In this document: positions 13,601 through 27,224 of the stretch, piece after piece
How the letters are laid out: each line of letters starts with the position of its first letter
How positions within the stretch are numbered: position 1 is the first letter of the stretch
The notes under the pieces: model-generated
Told to the model about the DNA's origin: nothing
Database searches by the model: none
Seen by the model: the letters and a program-made list of their open reading frames with translations, nothing else
Source: Camelus ferus
Lineage: Eukaryota
Reading direction: 5' to 3'
Assembly (NCBI RefSeq): GCF_009834535.1
Contig: NC_045696.1
Span: 95,420,001-95,484,000, forward strand
DNA length: 64,000 bases
Position numbers and translations under genes: made by a program

Positions 13601-14559
13601 GTCAATCAGTATCTCTTCTCCCTCCTTTTCTGTTATCATTCCACCTCCCCTTCTGCTGCCATCTCCTGGGAGCTTTCTTCTCTGCCCTGCCCTCTTTTAT
13701 AACTCTGATCCCCTCTCAAAGCTTAATAAAGACAGGGGCATTTTCTCTACACCGGATACAAACTCTGCCGATGACCTTCCAGGCTTGGTTATTGAAATGC
13801 AACAGTGTGAAGAAAACAGATGAAAAAAGTATAGGAGATCATTTTTCAAGACATTGTCCTGGCTTACAAGGTACTTTTCTTACTGCTTTATCCTATTTGC
13901 ATATCAGAAGCAGAATATCTCCTTCTTCCTTTTACTCTCAATGTAATAAATGGTTTCCTCTTGTAATAAATTCTAATCTTCCTTCAGCAGATGGGTACTT
14001 TAGGTCTATTAGTGTCAAGCTTATGAGTTCATGTATTTAGAAAAGCAAAAGTGGAAAATATATTAATGTTTCCAAGAGGTCAGATGCTATATACAGACTT
14101 TCTTCTTCCAGCTTTGACCCAGAGGAAGGCAGTATGTTTGGCAAATGATGGTAATACCAAAGGCAGCGGATTCTTGACCTATTCCCCTTTTTGGTAGCTG
14201 TGTACCAAGGAGGAGATTGCTGTGTGGTATATCTACACCAACATGGGGGCAGCCTGGTTCATTTAAGAGACCAGAGTGCAGAATTTCCAGACGCGCAGAA
14301 TTTCCAGGGCCACTTCACAGCCTCTTTTATCTCCCACATTGTGTGGACAGTGAGTTGAGGACACAGGTGATTGGTGGGTTCCCAAGTAGGAGCCTATGTT
14401 TAGGATGGTGAGATGATGCATTGGTCTATATTCAGTAGGAGCTGAGAGGAAACTGAATCAAGAAGGTAGAGATATATCATGCCTCATTGTAGCCATGCAC
14501 CATGGGTTCAACAGCTATAAGCTTTGGCCCTTTGACAAGACAGCTAGCTAGCAGGACAT

Positions 14560-14980
14560 CAGGGACTGGGTTTGGGAAACTTATGGATGTCAGCAGAGGC
14601 CCACTATGAAACCAGTCATATTAGAGAAAAGTTTAAGAGAGACTGGCTGTTCACTTGTGACATCATACTCTGCTTATCAGAGGAATCTCAAACCTAAAAA
14701 TGGTCCCACCTTTCACTTCTTCCTGGAATGCCAATGTGATGGCGGCACTCCATGAGCCATCTTTTGACCTTGAAATTTTAAGCCCTACATTAAATATGAA
14801 AAAAAAAAAAAAAAAAAAAAAAAAGAACCTGGGCCGTTGATAACTTCATGGAGCCCCCATACCTGTTTTGGAGGATCCTCTTCTGGACTTTCCTTAATGA
14901 AAAAATAAAACCCCCAAATTTAAGTTGCTAGAATCAATTCTCTGTTACTATCAGCCAAACTCATTTCTAACCGAAACAAT
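14560..14980 (+). mobile_element. MaLR (MLT1) LTR remnant containing an A26 tract (14799-14824)
   Basis: 'cttcctggaatgccaatgtgatggcgg...agccatcttttgaccttga...agaacctgggccgttgataac...tctgttactatcagccaaactcatttctaac'. Confidence 0.6.
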
Positions 14981-16042
14981 TAGCATGTTTTTTCTCTATG
15001 AATTTCTTCTGCTAAGAAGTTATAATTTTCCCCCAGACATATGTTGTGTATTCAGGGCAAAGGTTATTTTTCTCAGAGTTGCAAAAGAACACACTAGGAA
15101 TTTTCAAAATGTTACCTGAGGAATTGTGCAGGACTGAAAGGCAAAGTTAATTGTCTTTGCCTTTTGTTTTGTTTTGTTTTGAAAACCTATGTCTAAAGGG
15201 CATAGAGATTAGGTGTACGTGTACATATAGGCATGTCCTTCTGTTTTTTTATTTTGTTCAATAAAGTGGAAAAAAAATAGCAACAACTTGGGGAGATTAT
15301 GGCAATATGATGAGCGCAGAGATAGAATTACTGCATGTAATTTATGAAAAATACTCAGACAGTAGCATCCTGATCAAGGAAAAGAGAAAGTTACTCCATG
15401 ACTCTGAAACCTGACCATATTAGAACATAGATAGTGATGTTTACTGACAGGTGGGCAGCCAAATACCAGCACATAAACTGTCTATGTAGATAGACTCTAT
15501 GCATTGTCTGTCCTGTGAGTCCTGGAGGCAAGAACGCAGGGCATGGCCTTCTCTTCATGAAACTCCAGGAGGCACCCTTCCCATAACAGGGCAGGGAGCT
15601 CTTTTGAGACTCCACTGAAAGTCTCTACTCTGGAAATCTAGAGCTCTAAGCTCAATTTCTCTTTGAGTGAATACATGAAAGTTTCTCTGTACCCAAGTAT
15701 CAGTTCCATATTATTTAAAATTTCTTATTTGCCACATTATCTCTATTTTTAAAAAATAGTACATTCTATACTTGAACAAACATTATCTCTTAAAATGAAA
15801 ATGTTCCTGGAGGGCAGGTAACATGGTTATATTCTTAGGGAACACAAATCTTGTTTTAGAAAACAGAAAGGAGATGACAGTATGGGAAGCATGTTGGTAA
15901 ACAGAAAGGTAATTCTGGAATACCTGGCAACAGAGGGCAGGCCACTTTGGAAACACTGAAGTCCTGAAGTATTTGGGGTAACTTCTAAAATGTTCGCACT
16001 TTTGGAGAGGTCTGCTTCTTTATTTTTCACCTTTGATCTTAC

Positions 16043-16160
16043 CTGGAGTAACTGTATGTCCCAGGTTGCATGAGACAATCCCAGTTTACACCAGTTGTCC
16101 TGGAATAATTATTTTACTTTCAAAGTTGTCCCAGAATGCATGATAAATTTTATGGAAAAA
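16043..16160 (+). mobile_element. MER94-like hAT-Blackjack MITE
   Basis: 'tatgtcccaggttgcatgagacaatcccagtttacaccagttgtcc...taattatt...aaagttgtcccag...gataaattttatgg' matches recalled MER94. Confidence 0.7.
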
Positions 16161-16510
16161 TCTCTTGTTGGTCCCATTTCTCTTCATTTATGTAAAAAGA
16201 AAGAGTCTGTCATTTTCAGAGATTCAAGGTAAGTCTGTGATTCCTTTCTCTAACAGAGCTACCTGTCTCATTCCTGTCTTAGTGTCGGTCTAGGTTAGTG
16301 TGATTATGGGAGCTAAGAGAACAACATGATACCACTTACCCTTCTTTCTTTCTCCATCCTTCCTCCACGCCCCCCAACAGAGAAGAGGAGCAGCTTTGTG
16401 ACGGGGAAAGAAAGCAAAAGCCAGGAAGAATAATCAAATAACCCCAAGCAAAGCTGATCTCTTCCCAAAACATTAGTCATGAATTAGACAGCAGAGTTAA
16501 GCTTTGAAAT

Positions 16511-16894
16511 TGCTGTGAACGGCCTTATGCACCCCAACCCCCAACTAATTCACTCGCTGAAGCACTAACCCTCCAATGTGGCAATGTAACTTATCTGAAT
16601 TTAGGGCTTTGGGGAGGTAATTAAGTTTAAGTGAGGTCATAAGGGTGGGACCTAACTCGATAGGATTTGTGATCTTCTAAGAAGATGAAGTATGATCACT
16701 TTCTTTCTCTCTGCCATGTGTAGACGCCTCAAGAAGGTGACCATCAGCAAGCCTGGAAGAGAGCCCTACCCAGGAACCAAATTGACCAGCATCTGATCCT
16801 GGACTTCCCAGCCTCCAAAGCTGTGAGAAATAAATTTCTGTTGTTTAAGCTAGCCAATCTATGGCATTTTATTACGGCAGCCCAATCTAATACA
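16511..16894 (+). mobile_element. MaLR solo LTR (MLT1A-like)
   Basis: TG..CA termini; 'gaggtaattaagtttaagtgaggtcataagggtggg', 'ggacttcccagcctccaaagctgtgagaaataaatttctgttgtttaagc'. Confidence 0.9.
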
Positions 16895-18971
16895 AAGATT
16901 AAGCTTTTTAAAAGCTGAAAATGAAACTATTCATTAATACCTAATAGTAGCTGGAAAAGCAATACTTTCAGCCTAAGGTTTCATCCTAGAACAGGGAAGA
17001 AGTATTTGATATGAAAGACTCGAAAGAGCAGTGGTGTGGAGGAATGGACATACTTTTTATGAGTCTAGCGTTTCAATAATTTGGTTGCATACAACTTCTT
17101 TGGACTATGTCTTATTTCTCTAGAATTAGAGAGGCATTTCATTCAATGGGATTCAAATTCCCATTGCAGCTCAGACATTTTGTGTTGCATTTAATGATTC
17201 ATTTCCATTTATGTGAAAGAGCTTCAGATATTTTCATGAAAGCAGTTTCTGAAAAGTAAATGTCTTAGAACACTACAAAAGGAAGACGGAGATAAAATGA
17301 GCAACAAGGAGGACCTTTTAGAGATCGTGAAGTCTTAGGGTTTTTAATCACAAACCACACTTCCCTTTTCTAGGGTTAAAACTCTAAATCACCAGTATCA
17401 ACCATTTCATGTAAGAAAGGTACTCACTAGACTAAAAACCATTTAGTGAAATTCCAGTGGTTTCTGACTAACAAGGAGCCACTAGGGTTCCCCAAAATAT
17501 TTCTTGATAGGCTAAAACTACTTTTAGTGAATATAAATTAAATTATAAAGACCACACACTCAAACACACACATACACAATGTCTTGAACATGATGAATTT
17601 AGAACCCTAGAAATTCTGGCTAATAAAACAAATCTCCTGATTTCAGGTAGAATACAGCTAACCACCCAAGTTTTAAAGAGTTGCTGTGGCATTCTGAAAG
17701 ACACGCAGAGCATTTCCTAGTCACTCTCAGGTAACTCATCCTAGTAGCTTCTCTGTAAAGAAAATTATTCCTTTCCCACACCACATATGTCCCTATGCTT
17801 GGGGGAATTGTAATTCCAGTTTTAGAGGTCTGCCACGCACTGATCTGGGGTTTAAAGACATTCCCTTCCAACGTGTCAAAGTCTTCGGTTTCTGACGAGG
17901 AGAAACCCATGAAAACTGTACACTGTAAATTCTCGGTAAAAAGCACCTGCCTGCATGAGGGCATTTTCACATTTAAATGTTGCCAGTGATACGTAATTTG
18001 CAGGCTGCATGTACAGAAATTCTCCCTTGTAGGCCTGCCCAAATGGAGAGCTAGGGTTATTAAAAAGTCTTTGTACCCTTTTCATATAAATCTAGTGCTT
18101 CTTATACAAACATTTTTCTCATGTTGGAGTGATTCATAAAGCCTGTAATCCCACGGGGGTAATAGGACACCTCTCAATTACGCATCCCAGGGATGAGTAA
18201 TTTCACAAGCTGAAGGAAGAAGATAAATGCATTAAAATGTTCTTGCAAAACAAATTTCAGGGAGAGAAAAGGATGAAAAAGGAAGTGAATGCAGAAATTG
18301 AAGATTTACTTCATTGTGCAGAAAAGAATATTAGATCTGTCTTGGCAGAACTGCTTAATTCATAATTCTGCACAAACAGCCCCAGTAACAGCACTGCCAA
18401 AAGCCTTCCTAATATGCATGTACCTACAAATGCTCAGCTTTGTCTCTGGTAACGGCAAAGTATGAGAACTGTATAATAATCACATTTCACAGTGAGTCAT
18501 GGGTTAGAAAATCTGTGAGGAATTATCTCATTATATTGTTTCATTCAGAATCAGTTCTTTCAGAGGCAGAGTGGTTGGCCACTCCTGGACTTTGTGGCCT
18601 TACCATCAGCAGCTATATATGTTGACCCCCTGATGTGCAGGAAGGCACACAGTAGCTGGGAGTAAGCCGGGTTATGACACTCCTAAGAACCAGGGCTTAT
18701 ATAGGAAAAGGCAAATAACCATATGAATCAATATCATTTGTCTTGGATGAAAAACTCTAAAGATGTGCAGAAGTAGATACAATCAGATTGGTGGAATGAC
18801 TAAAGAAGGCTTCATGGATGAGTGGACAATTTAAACTTCAAAAGAAAGGTAGCCTTTAAATAAGCAGAGGTGGAGAGACAGTGTCCTGGAGAGTTTTCTC
18901 ATGTTGGAGAAATGGAACCATATGTGCCTAGATGTTGGAATATTTAAAACATGCTTGGAGAAAATTTATAT

Positions 18972-19050
18972 TATTAGATTTAACAACATGAAATTGTTGT
19001 TTCTGTAGGTAAGGAATGATCAAGTATCCCCAGTTTTGTAAGATGCAAGA
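18972..19050. mobile_element. MADE2-like mariner MITE (degenerate)
   Basis: 'tattagatttaacaacatgaaattgttgtttctgtaggt' resembles the MADE2 TIR; second end is poorly preserved. Confidence 0.5.
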
Positions 19051-19299
19051 CTGGCATACTGGAGGGCAAAGGTGGATATGTGGGTAAGAGCCAGATTATG
19101 AAGGAATAGGCAATGTCAATGCAAAGGGCTTGGAAGTGAGGCATTTCCTTTAAACCTCATCAACAGCCTGGCATCTGAAATCTAGAGAATTAAGAATCTT
19201 AGAATTTTACAGGGAAGGGATCTTAGGAAATACTTAGTTTAACTTCCACCCCCTGAATGACTTCATTGTCTTTCTTTTAACATCCGGATGATAATGAAT

Positions 19300-19990
19300 G
19301 TACACCTAATTCAGCTAATTCTCTTTTGAGTCAACTCTAATGGTTTGTTTGTTTCTTTATTCCTTTGTGAGTTTGGTTTGTTTATTTAATCTTGAACCAA
19401 TATTAGTGCTACAAGCAAGGTTAAAACTTCAGGTCATCCCTTCAAACATTTGAAGACACCTGATTAAATAGTCCATTTCCTATAGCTTTTACTTTTGTGA
19501 TGATTTCAACCTCCTCACCATTCTGGTTGGGTTCCATTAGACATGCTCCAATTTGTGAAAGTTTCTCTGAAATTCAACTTTCAATACAACACAACACAGA
19601 ACAGCACACTATCTGAATGTTGTATCCAGATACCCGCCCTTCTTCTAGGCATGTTTTCTGATTAATGCATAATGATATAAATAAATTTTTTTGGCAAATG
19701 CTATGCAAAGTGGAGTCTTATATCGAGTTTACTGTCAGATAACACCTAATGAACTTCATACCTAGACTACTAAGCCATGAAACCCATATTTTACAGCTGT
19801 GTAAATGGTATTGTGTACCACCGTTAGAACTTTTCATTAAACTCCTATTTGATGACATCTGGGTATAGGTAGCTCCTTGTTTCAATCTGTTATGATCACT
19901 ATTTTTTCAGTCAAGATATTATCTGTTGCTATCAAAATTTTCATCTGCAGGTTTGATCAACATACAACTAAGTTCTTACAACAATCTTTA
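19300..19990 (-). mobile_element. L3/CR1 LINE fragment
   Basis: 'ccttcaaacatttgaagaca', 'accattctggttggg...agacatgctccaatttgtgaaagtttctctgaaatt...cagaacagcacactat' resemble antisense CR1/L3 ORF2. Confidence 0.55.
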
Positions 19991-20026
19991 GTAACACTAA
20001 TAAAGTAGAATTCCTAAGTACAAAAC

Positions 20027-21238
20027 CACCATACACTTTCTCACACCATATACAGAGATGAATTTAAAATGGATTAAAAACCTAAATGTAAGATCTGAAA
20101 CCATAAACCTCTTAGAAGAAAACATGGACAGTATGGTCTTTGACATTGGCCTTAGCAATTTTTTTTGTGGATGTGTCTCCTCAGGCAAGGGAAACAAAAG
20201 CAAAAATAAACAAGTGGGCCTATATCAGGCTAAAAAGCTTTTCCACAGCTAAGGAAACTATCAACAAGAGGAAAAGGCAGCCTACTGAATGGGAAGAGAT
20301 ATTTGCAAATGATATATTTGGTAAGAGGTTAATACCGAAAATATACAAAGAACTCATAGAACTCAACATCAAAAAAACAAACAACCCAATCAAAAAATGG
20401 GCAAAGGACCTGAATAGTCCATTTTTTCCAAGAAGACATGCAGATGACCAACAGATGCTTGAAAAGATGCTCAACAACACTAATCATCAGGGAAATGCAA
20501 ATCAAAACCATAAGGAGTTATCTCCTCACATCTGTCAGAATGGCTATTATCAAAAAGACAATAAATAACAAATGTTGGCGAGGATGTGGATAAAAGAGAA
20601 CCTTTGTGTACTGTTGGTGGGAATGTAAATTGGGGCAGCCACTATGGAAAACAGCATGGAGGTACCTCAAAAAATTAGAAATAGAACTATCACATGACCA
20701 GCAATTCTTCTGGGTATGTATCCAAAGTAAACAAAAACATGAATTCAAAAAAATATGTGCATCCCTATGTTCATTGCAGCATTATTCATGATAGCCAAGA
20801 TACAGAAAGAACCCATCAATAGATGAATGGGTAAGTAAACTTGATATATAAAAAAAGAATGAAATCTTGCCATTTGTGACAATATGGATGGACCTAGAGG
20901 GTATTATGCTAAGTGAAATAAGTCAGAGCAAAACAAATAACATATGATTTCACTCGTATGTTGAATCTAAAAAGCAAAACAAATGAACAAACATAACAAA
21001 ACAGAACAGATTCATAGATGCAAAGGACAAACAGATGGTTGCCAGAGGAAAGAGAGATGGGGGGATTAGTGAAATAGGTGAGGGAGATTAAGAAGTACAA
21101 ACTTCCAGTTACAAAATAAATGAGTCAAGGGGATGAAATGTACAGTATGGGGGACATAGTCAATTACATTGTAATATCATTGTATAGTGACATATGGTAA
21201 CTAGACACATCATGGTCAATTATACTTCAATTAAAAAT
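20027..21238 (+). mobile_element. 5'-truncated L1: ORF2 C-terminal remnant plus 3'UTR
   Basis: Frameshifted ORF2 peptides [80 protein letters not shown]1 3'UTR ending 'caattatacttcaattaaaaa'. Confidence 0.95.
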
Positions 21239-21239
21239 A

Positions 21240-21425
21240 TGCAGCCACTGAGAGGAGATGTATCAAAACACTGATGACAGTTATCTCTGGAGGATGGGGA
21301 ATAATGGATGATTGTTAATTTTTACTTTATGTTTTTATGTATTTCTAGTTGTCTGCAATGAACATGTATTTCTTGCAAAATTAGAAAGAAAACAGTAAAT
21401 GTCATTAACAAATAAAAAAAGTGAA
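21240..21425 (+). mobile_element. old L1M 3'UTR fragment
   Basis: 'acagttatctctggaggatgggg...tttttactttatgttt...tgcaatgaacatgtatttctt' typical of L1ME/L1MC 3' ends. Confidence 0.6.
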
Positions 21426-21805
21426 AGAAAGAAACAAAAAGTATAACACTAGATGGTCATTATCTGGATTCAAATAAACTATTTAGAAAATAACATTTAT
21501 GAAATTCACCTAATCTTGCTGCAATCTGACCAATATTTCTCAATCTCAGTCATAAGTATAGCATGTTCTGTGTAGCCTACCTTGCTGAAATACTGGCTGC
21601 CTTGGCTTTCTGTGTTCTCCGTTTCATAAGCTCTATCTCAACATTATTATCACAACTTTTGCTTAATGCGTTGTTTCTACAAGGCCCTTGTAAAACAAAA
21701 GGGAGGTGGAATACAGAAGCCATTTTCCTTATGCCGTAGCACCCATTCAAATCAATTGCTTCCTCAATTACTGCTATGTCCCAAACACAAATGATGGACT
21801 AAAAC

Positions 21806-22041
21806 ACAGGTCAGGAAACTTTTTATGTAAAAAGCCATATTTTATGTAAAAACCCAATATTTTAGACTTTGTGGGCTACATGATCTCTGTTGCAAATGCT
21901 CAACTCTGTTTGCATTGCAGAACTAGAGCAACCATCGACTATACTAAACGAAGGAACAGGTGCGGGTGCATTCCAAAAAACTTTATTTACAAAAACAAGC
22001 AGCAAGCTGGATTTGGCCCATAGAGTAGTTTGCTGCCCCTG
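21806..22041 (+). mobile_element. MER58A-like hAT-Charlie MITE
   Basis: 'aatattttagactttgtgggc...ttccaaaaaactttatttacaaaaacaagcagc...ggatttggccc...tagtttgctgcccctg'; small internal tandem duplication of 'ttttatgtaaaaa'. Confidence 0.85.
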
Positions 22042-23089
22042 GTGTTAATGTATTAGTAGCAATACGTTGTCAACGATCGTATCTGTAATGTTTGAAAGTA
22101 TGGGGGAATCTCTGAAAGGATAACTAGAAATGGGAGAACTCAAGAGAGGGATTTTGAAGATTGAAATCTTTCTTCGATGGGAATGGATGGCTACCCACTT
22201 CAAGGAGTTACATGGACCGCTAAAGGCTTTGAGGAGGAGAGGATGGACGGTAACCTTCATCTGTAAGAGAGTGTGCCTAGCAACTAATGCAAATTTCACC
22301 TATTTTGCACTTTTGCTGAGGTTTGGGACAGGTTTCAGTATTGATATGATCCAAATAGCGCACTCAATTCTCTAGAGGCTTGAATGAAACCAAAAAGTAT
22401 ACTGTATTCAGCTACCACCAGTTGGAGTATTTCCTAACTTGGCTGGTGACAGTTAGAAGGCCTTGTGGCATATGCATGCAAAACAGTATTTAAAGATAAA
22501 GTGGAAAACTGTGTTCAGTAAACCTTGACCTGTGCATTCACAAAGTACCATTGTGAGTATAAAAATAAACAAATGAAACTTCCTCCTCATGAAAAAGCTA
22601 GCCTGTCATACGAACTGAAACAGGAACCAAAAGATTCTTTTAGGAAGGCTGTTATTATTCTTTACACTTGTATGGAGTTCATACACCATCCTTCTTCAAT
22701 TATAAAATAGCATGGATTGTAAGATGTACAGCTGATTTAATAACAGCTTTACAGAAAGGACACCAAAGTAAACTAAACAAAAACTCTACCATACTAAATG
22801 TTCCCATCGACTGTAGAACACATTCTGGCTTTAGAAATTTAAAAAGTGAAAAAATAGCATCATAAAATAGAAAAATGTTTTGTATTATCTCCTCTACTGT
22901 CCTACCCCCACCTCCAAACACATACACATCCCTTCGCTTTAAAACAAGCAAGAGCCTATCACTCATTCTTCGGGAATAATGCAATATAAATCAGCTTCAT
23001 CTCTTTGCCCTAAATTGTCTATTCTAAGATGAACTGAGATCTTATATTCGGATTGTTTTCTTAGGTGGATATGAAACTATTAAGCATTT

Positions 23090-23850
23090 TTAAAAGCTAA
23101 ACTTTTATTCTGGAGCAGTTTTAGATTTACAGAATTATTGTAAAGATAGTAGAGGGAGTTTTAATGTACTCCTTCCCAGCTTTTAAATTCAGTTCTTGTT
23201 TGTTGTTGCTGTTGTTGAGTTTTAAGAGTTATTTGTATTATTTTAGATAGAAGTTCTTTATCAGAAATGCGTTTTGCAAATATTTTATCTCAGTTCATGG
23301 TTTGTCTTCTCTTTTTCTAATTTCCTTTATCTGTTCTAGGATCTCATTGGGGATACCACATTAAATTTAATAGTCATGTCTCCTTAGGCTTCTCTTGGTT
23401 TTAACAATTTCTCAGACTTCTCTTATTTACGATGACCTTGATAGTTTTGCAGACTTTTGGTCAGACATTTTGCAGAATGTCCCACAACTGGGATTTGCAA
23501 TACATTTAAATTCTTTTGTGAATTTCTGCATTCTGTTCTGGGACTCCCAAACTCCTAAATGATTTTTTAAAATTTGTATATATTAAGATTTACTCTTTGA
23601 GCTATAAAATTCTGTGGATTTTGATAGATGCTGAACATGCTGTGTCCACCACTGCTGTATCATACAGACTAGTTCCACTGCCCTGAAAGTGTCTATGTTT
23701 TGCCTATTCAACCAGCTCTCCTCTGCCACCCACAGAACCCCTGAAACCTACTGATCTGCTCACCAACGTTAGAGTTTTATATTCTCCAAATCACATATTC
23801 TTGTGGAAGCTTACAATACGAAGCCTTTTCAGACTGGCCTCTTCCATTTA
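23090..23850 (-). mobile_element. old L1 (L1MB/MC-like) 3' fragments
   Basis: 'gagcagttttagatttacagaattattg', 'gagttttaagagttatttgtat...tttgcaaatatttt', 'agccttttcagactggccttc'. Confidence 0.7.
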
Positions 23851-23854
23851 GCAT

Positions 23855-24095
23855 TTATATGTTGTCTTTATATGAAGAGATGCATAGGACACAGATACAC
23901 AAAGAAAGACTGTGTGAAGACACAGGAATAAGGTAGCCATCCACAAGCCAAGGAAAGGTACCTCAGAAAAAACTAACTCTGCCAACACCTTGACCTTGGA
24001 CTCCTGGCCCTTAGAATTATGAAAAAATAAATTTGTGCTGTTTAAGACACCTAGTCTGTGGTACCTTCTCAATGACACCCTAGGAAACTGATATA
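23855..24095 (+). mobile_element. MaLR LTR 3' part (MLT1B-like)
   Basis: 'gtgtgaagacacagg...gccatccacaagccaagg...ctgccaacaccttgaccttggactcctggcc...aataaatttgtgctgtttaag'. Confidence 0.85.
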
Positions 24096-26699
24096 CGTAC
24101 TCGGTAATTTTTTTGCTTACATCACATTAATTAGAAGTATGTCTAATACTTCTAGTACTTGGCTACCCTTAGATGCAAGGAAGGCTAGGAAATATTTTTT
24201 TTTTTTTTTTGCAACTGAGTATATTGCTGCCCCTATAAAAACCAGGATTCTGATACTAAGGGAAGAGAATTTGGTAGATACTGTGTATTCTCTGTTACTG
24301 AGTCCTAAACTCTTGTATAATCTCCTTTCACCCTTATAACAGCTCTGTGAAATATTTTACAGCAGAATAAATCAAAAAGTCAAATAAAAGTTCACCCATT
24401 AGTGCTTCAAGAGCCCTGATTGGGTCATAGGCTGCCTGATTCTAGAACCCAGGATAATTTCTATCTGGTTGTCCTTTCATATTGATTGTAAGGGCTCTTT
24501 ATATACTCTGAGGATTAATTCTTCTTTATATTTGCTTTATTTATTGTTGCCCAATTTGTAATTTCTCTTAACATTTTTTGAGAAATCTTTTTTTAAAAAG
24601 CAAATGTTGAATATTTTTATGAAGAATGCTGGCATTTATGTTTTCTTAGAAAAATATTCCCCAATTACAGTTACAGATATATATATAATAAACCTCCAGT
24701 TAATTTTGCTTTTATAGTTGTTAGTATGTGGTTCTTATTGCAGTTTAACATCTAGTTCTTTTATTCACTTGGAATTTTTTTAATATGTATTGTGTGAGGC
24801 AGAAATCTAACTATCTTTTTTTTTTTACAAACTTTTAACTGATTTTCCTGACATTATTTTTGAAATTGTCAATTCCATACTTTTTAACAAAAATACAAAG
24901 ATAGTTTTTTGGCTTTACATAAAATGCTTCTCATGATCTCTTAACTATAGGATTTTTTGCACCAAAACATTAAAACCATATTTCTTTTACATATAAACCT
25001 GAAGCTGGAAAACATGTTTTGGTAATTTGATCATTAAAATATTTGCACTCTTTTATCAGTCTATGGAAAATTCTGTTTTGCCAGTAGTTATACCATTAGG
25101 GTTGTCTCTTTTAGGAGAGGTGGATTGCCTTTTGGGGGATTCTCAAGTGGTTGGATAACATGCCTCTTTATTTGGCTTTTCCACTAAAACTTTTAAGCCA
25201 GAGTTATTTTTAGTTCCCATCTGTCAGAGGATTAAGCTATTTGATGGGAACTACTGTATCTTAAAGATTTATTCAACCCCTTTGCCACTTGAAAAATGAA
25301 GGTTAATTACCAAACACAAAGAGTCAGTATAGTCTTATTACTTGACTTAAGAGCATGTCATTTGAAGGGTTAATATTTCCACACCACAGAAAAAAGCAGG
25401 TTTGTAATTCCCAGGGAACCAACTGAACAAGAGGAGCTGTCTGACCCAGGGACATTCCTCTGGGGTCCTATAAAAGTTCCAAGCATTCTGAAGATTGGTA
25501 CTCAACCTAGCCTGTTTTTTGAGCCAGTTGCTCTGTTGAAGAGAACATTTTCTCAGACATTTTGTTTGATTAGTCCATAATTAAATGCTGCATGTATAAA
25601 AAATATCCTTCAAATGTACTTCAAAATTTAGGCAGGAGAATGACTTTTTGGGAGAGAGGGATCAAGGGGGATTGTTTTAAAGCAATTAGAAAAATGAAAT
25701 TGATAGTCAAGTATAAATGTTCCTCAAATTTAACACTAACTAGAACCCAGAAAATTTGACTGTAAGTATTCCTTCTGTCCTGATAATTACTAAACCTGTT
25801 TTAGTTGTATTAGAATGAATGCAATAGGTCCTTCTACAATGAAAACGAAGCAAAATGTGTCTATTTTGTAAACTAAACATTTAAGATGAGATATACTTGT
25901 ATATGTTTCTCTGTAAACTGGGGAATATTTATTTTGTGAACACTATTGGTTACAGATCAGTTTAGCTCCCCGACTTAACATTAGTCTAAAATATGTATAT
26001 TTAGATTCAATGTATCTGACTGAAATATCGTGTGCTACTAACAAATACAAGTTAAAGCATATTACTAGATCTGTGAGATAATTTGTATTAAAAAAAAGAT
26101 GACTTATGAAATGTTAGCATGGACATTAGAAATTATATTATTTTGGTGACTGTGTGTGAAGTTCTGAATAGCTCCTTTCATGGGACAAGATAACTATTTA
26201 AATTTTTAACAAACATTTCTCACTGTGCTTTTTTTTTTCTTTTTCCATTTTCCTGATTGTCCTTATCCAGCAGTACATGCTTTGCAAGCCTTCTCCTTAT
26301 TGGGTGGCAAAAACTGTCATGAATTAAATATGTTGTCTGTGGAGTGTAGCTAATCTATAAACCAGCATCATGTAATGCAGCTTAACCTTGGCTTTCTTTG
26401 ACAGTTGTCATAAAAATTGCTTTTGGTTTCAATCCAGTCCTCTTTGATAAGCACATGCTGCATAGCTTCTCAGAGCAAATATTTTCCTATGATCTGAGTG
26501 AGGAAGTTCTAGGCTCATTGTATACGTCAGGTCTTCTACCTAGGTAAGTGGAAATAACAGTTGATGCGAACTCCTTGCTTAAAAAACACTAGATGTTCCT
26601 ATATCTTTGAACAAAGATCAATAAAACAGCAACTTAACAGCCACTCAACAATTTCCTCAGAAAACCCACACCTTAGAAAAAGCACTCTTGCAAGCATAT

Positions 26700-26940
26700 T
26701 CCTACAGAATGATCTAGTGGAAAGATACTAGACTTTGGGCCACATGGATATTGGATTGAATCCCAGGCTCCTACCTGCCTATCAAGGGAATTTTGGCAGA
26801 AATGAATTTAACTTTTCCATATCTCAGTTAGCTCACCCTGAAGTGGGGCTGCAAATGCCTAAGTCACAGATAGTTATACGTAACAGGGGAATTTCAGTTA
26901 CAAAAAGCAGCTGGCACACAGCGTGAGCAATTAGAGGCTC
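26700..26940 (+). mobile_element. MIR SINE
   Basis: 'ttgaatcccaggctc...ggcagaaatgaatttaac...tctcagtt...ctggcacacagcg'. Confidence 0.6.
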
Positions 26941-27224
26941 CTTAAATTCTAGAAAATTCTTCCCCTGACCAAATTTTCCTTCCTAGGGTTTAACTTACCA
27001 CTGAGTTTTGCACAGTTTTTCACTACTGTGCATTCTCAAACTCTACTGAAATGGGACTCAGGAGAGAGAAACACTAAGGCAGATAGACAGCCTAGATGGG
27101 GAAAAGGTAGAGGAGTAGGGAGGGTTTTTCTGTCTGGGCAGAAATAGGGCTTTATGGAGCTTTCAAAAAAAAAAAAAATGAATCTCAGCATATTGTCAGC
27201 AATCATGGACAATGCTCAGTATAC

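Noticed and set aside
13537..14040. 167-aa + strand ORF
   Set aside because: No recognisable homology; composition follows a pyrimidine-rich tract; no supporting gene structure.
17620..18085. Overlapping ORFs (140 aa and 69 aa minus, 64 aa plus); 'YSFHGFLL' faintly recalls the end of a C1q domain
   Set aside because: No other C1q-like motifs, no convincing splice context and no recognisable protein; most likely chance ORFs.
19997..20791. ORFs with clear protein similarity
   Set aside because: Frameshifted L1 ORF2 remnants and their antisense frames, not host genes.
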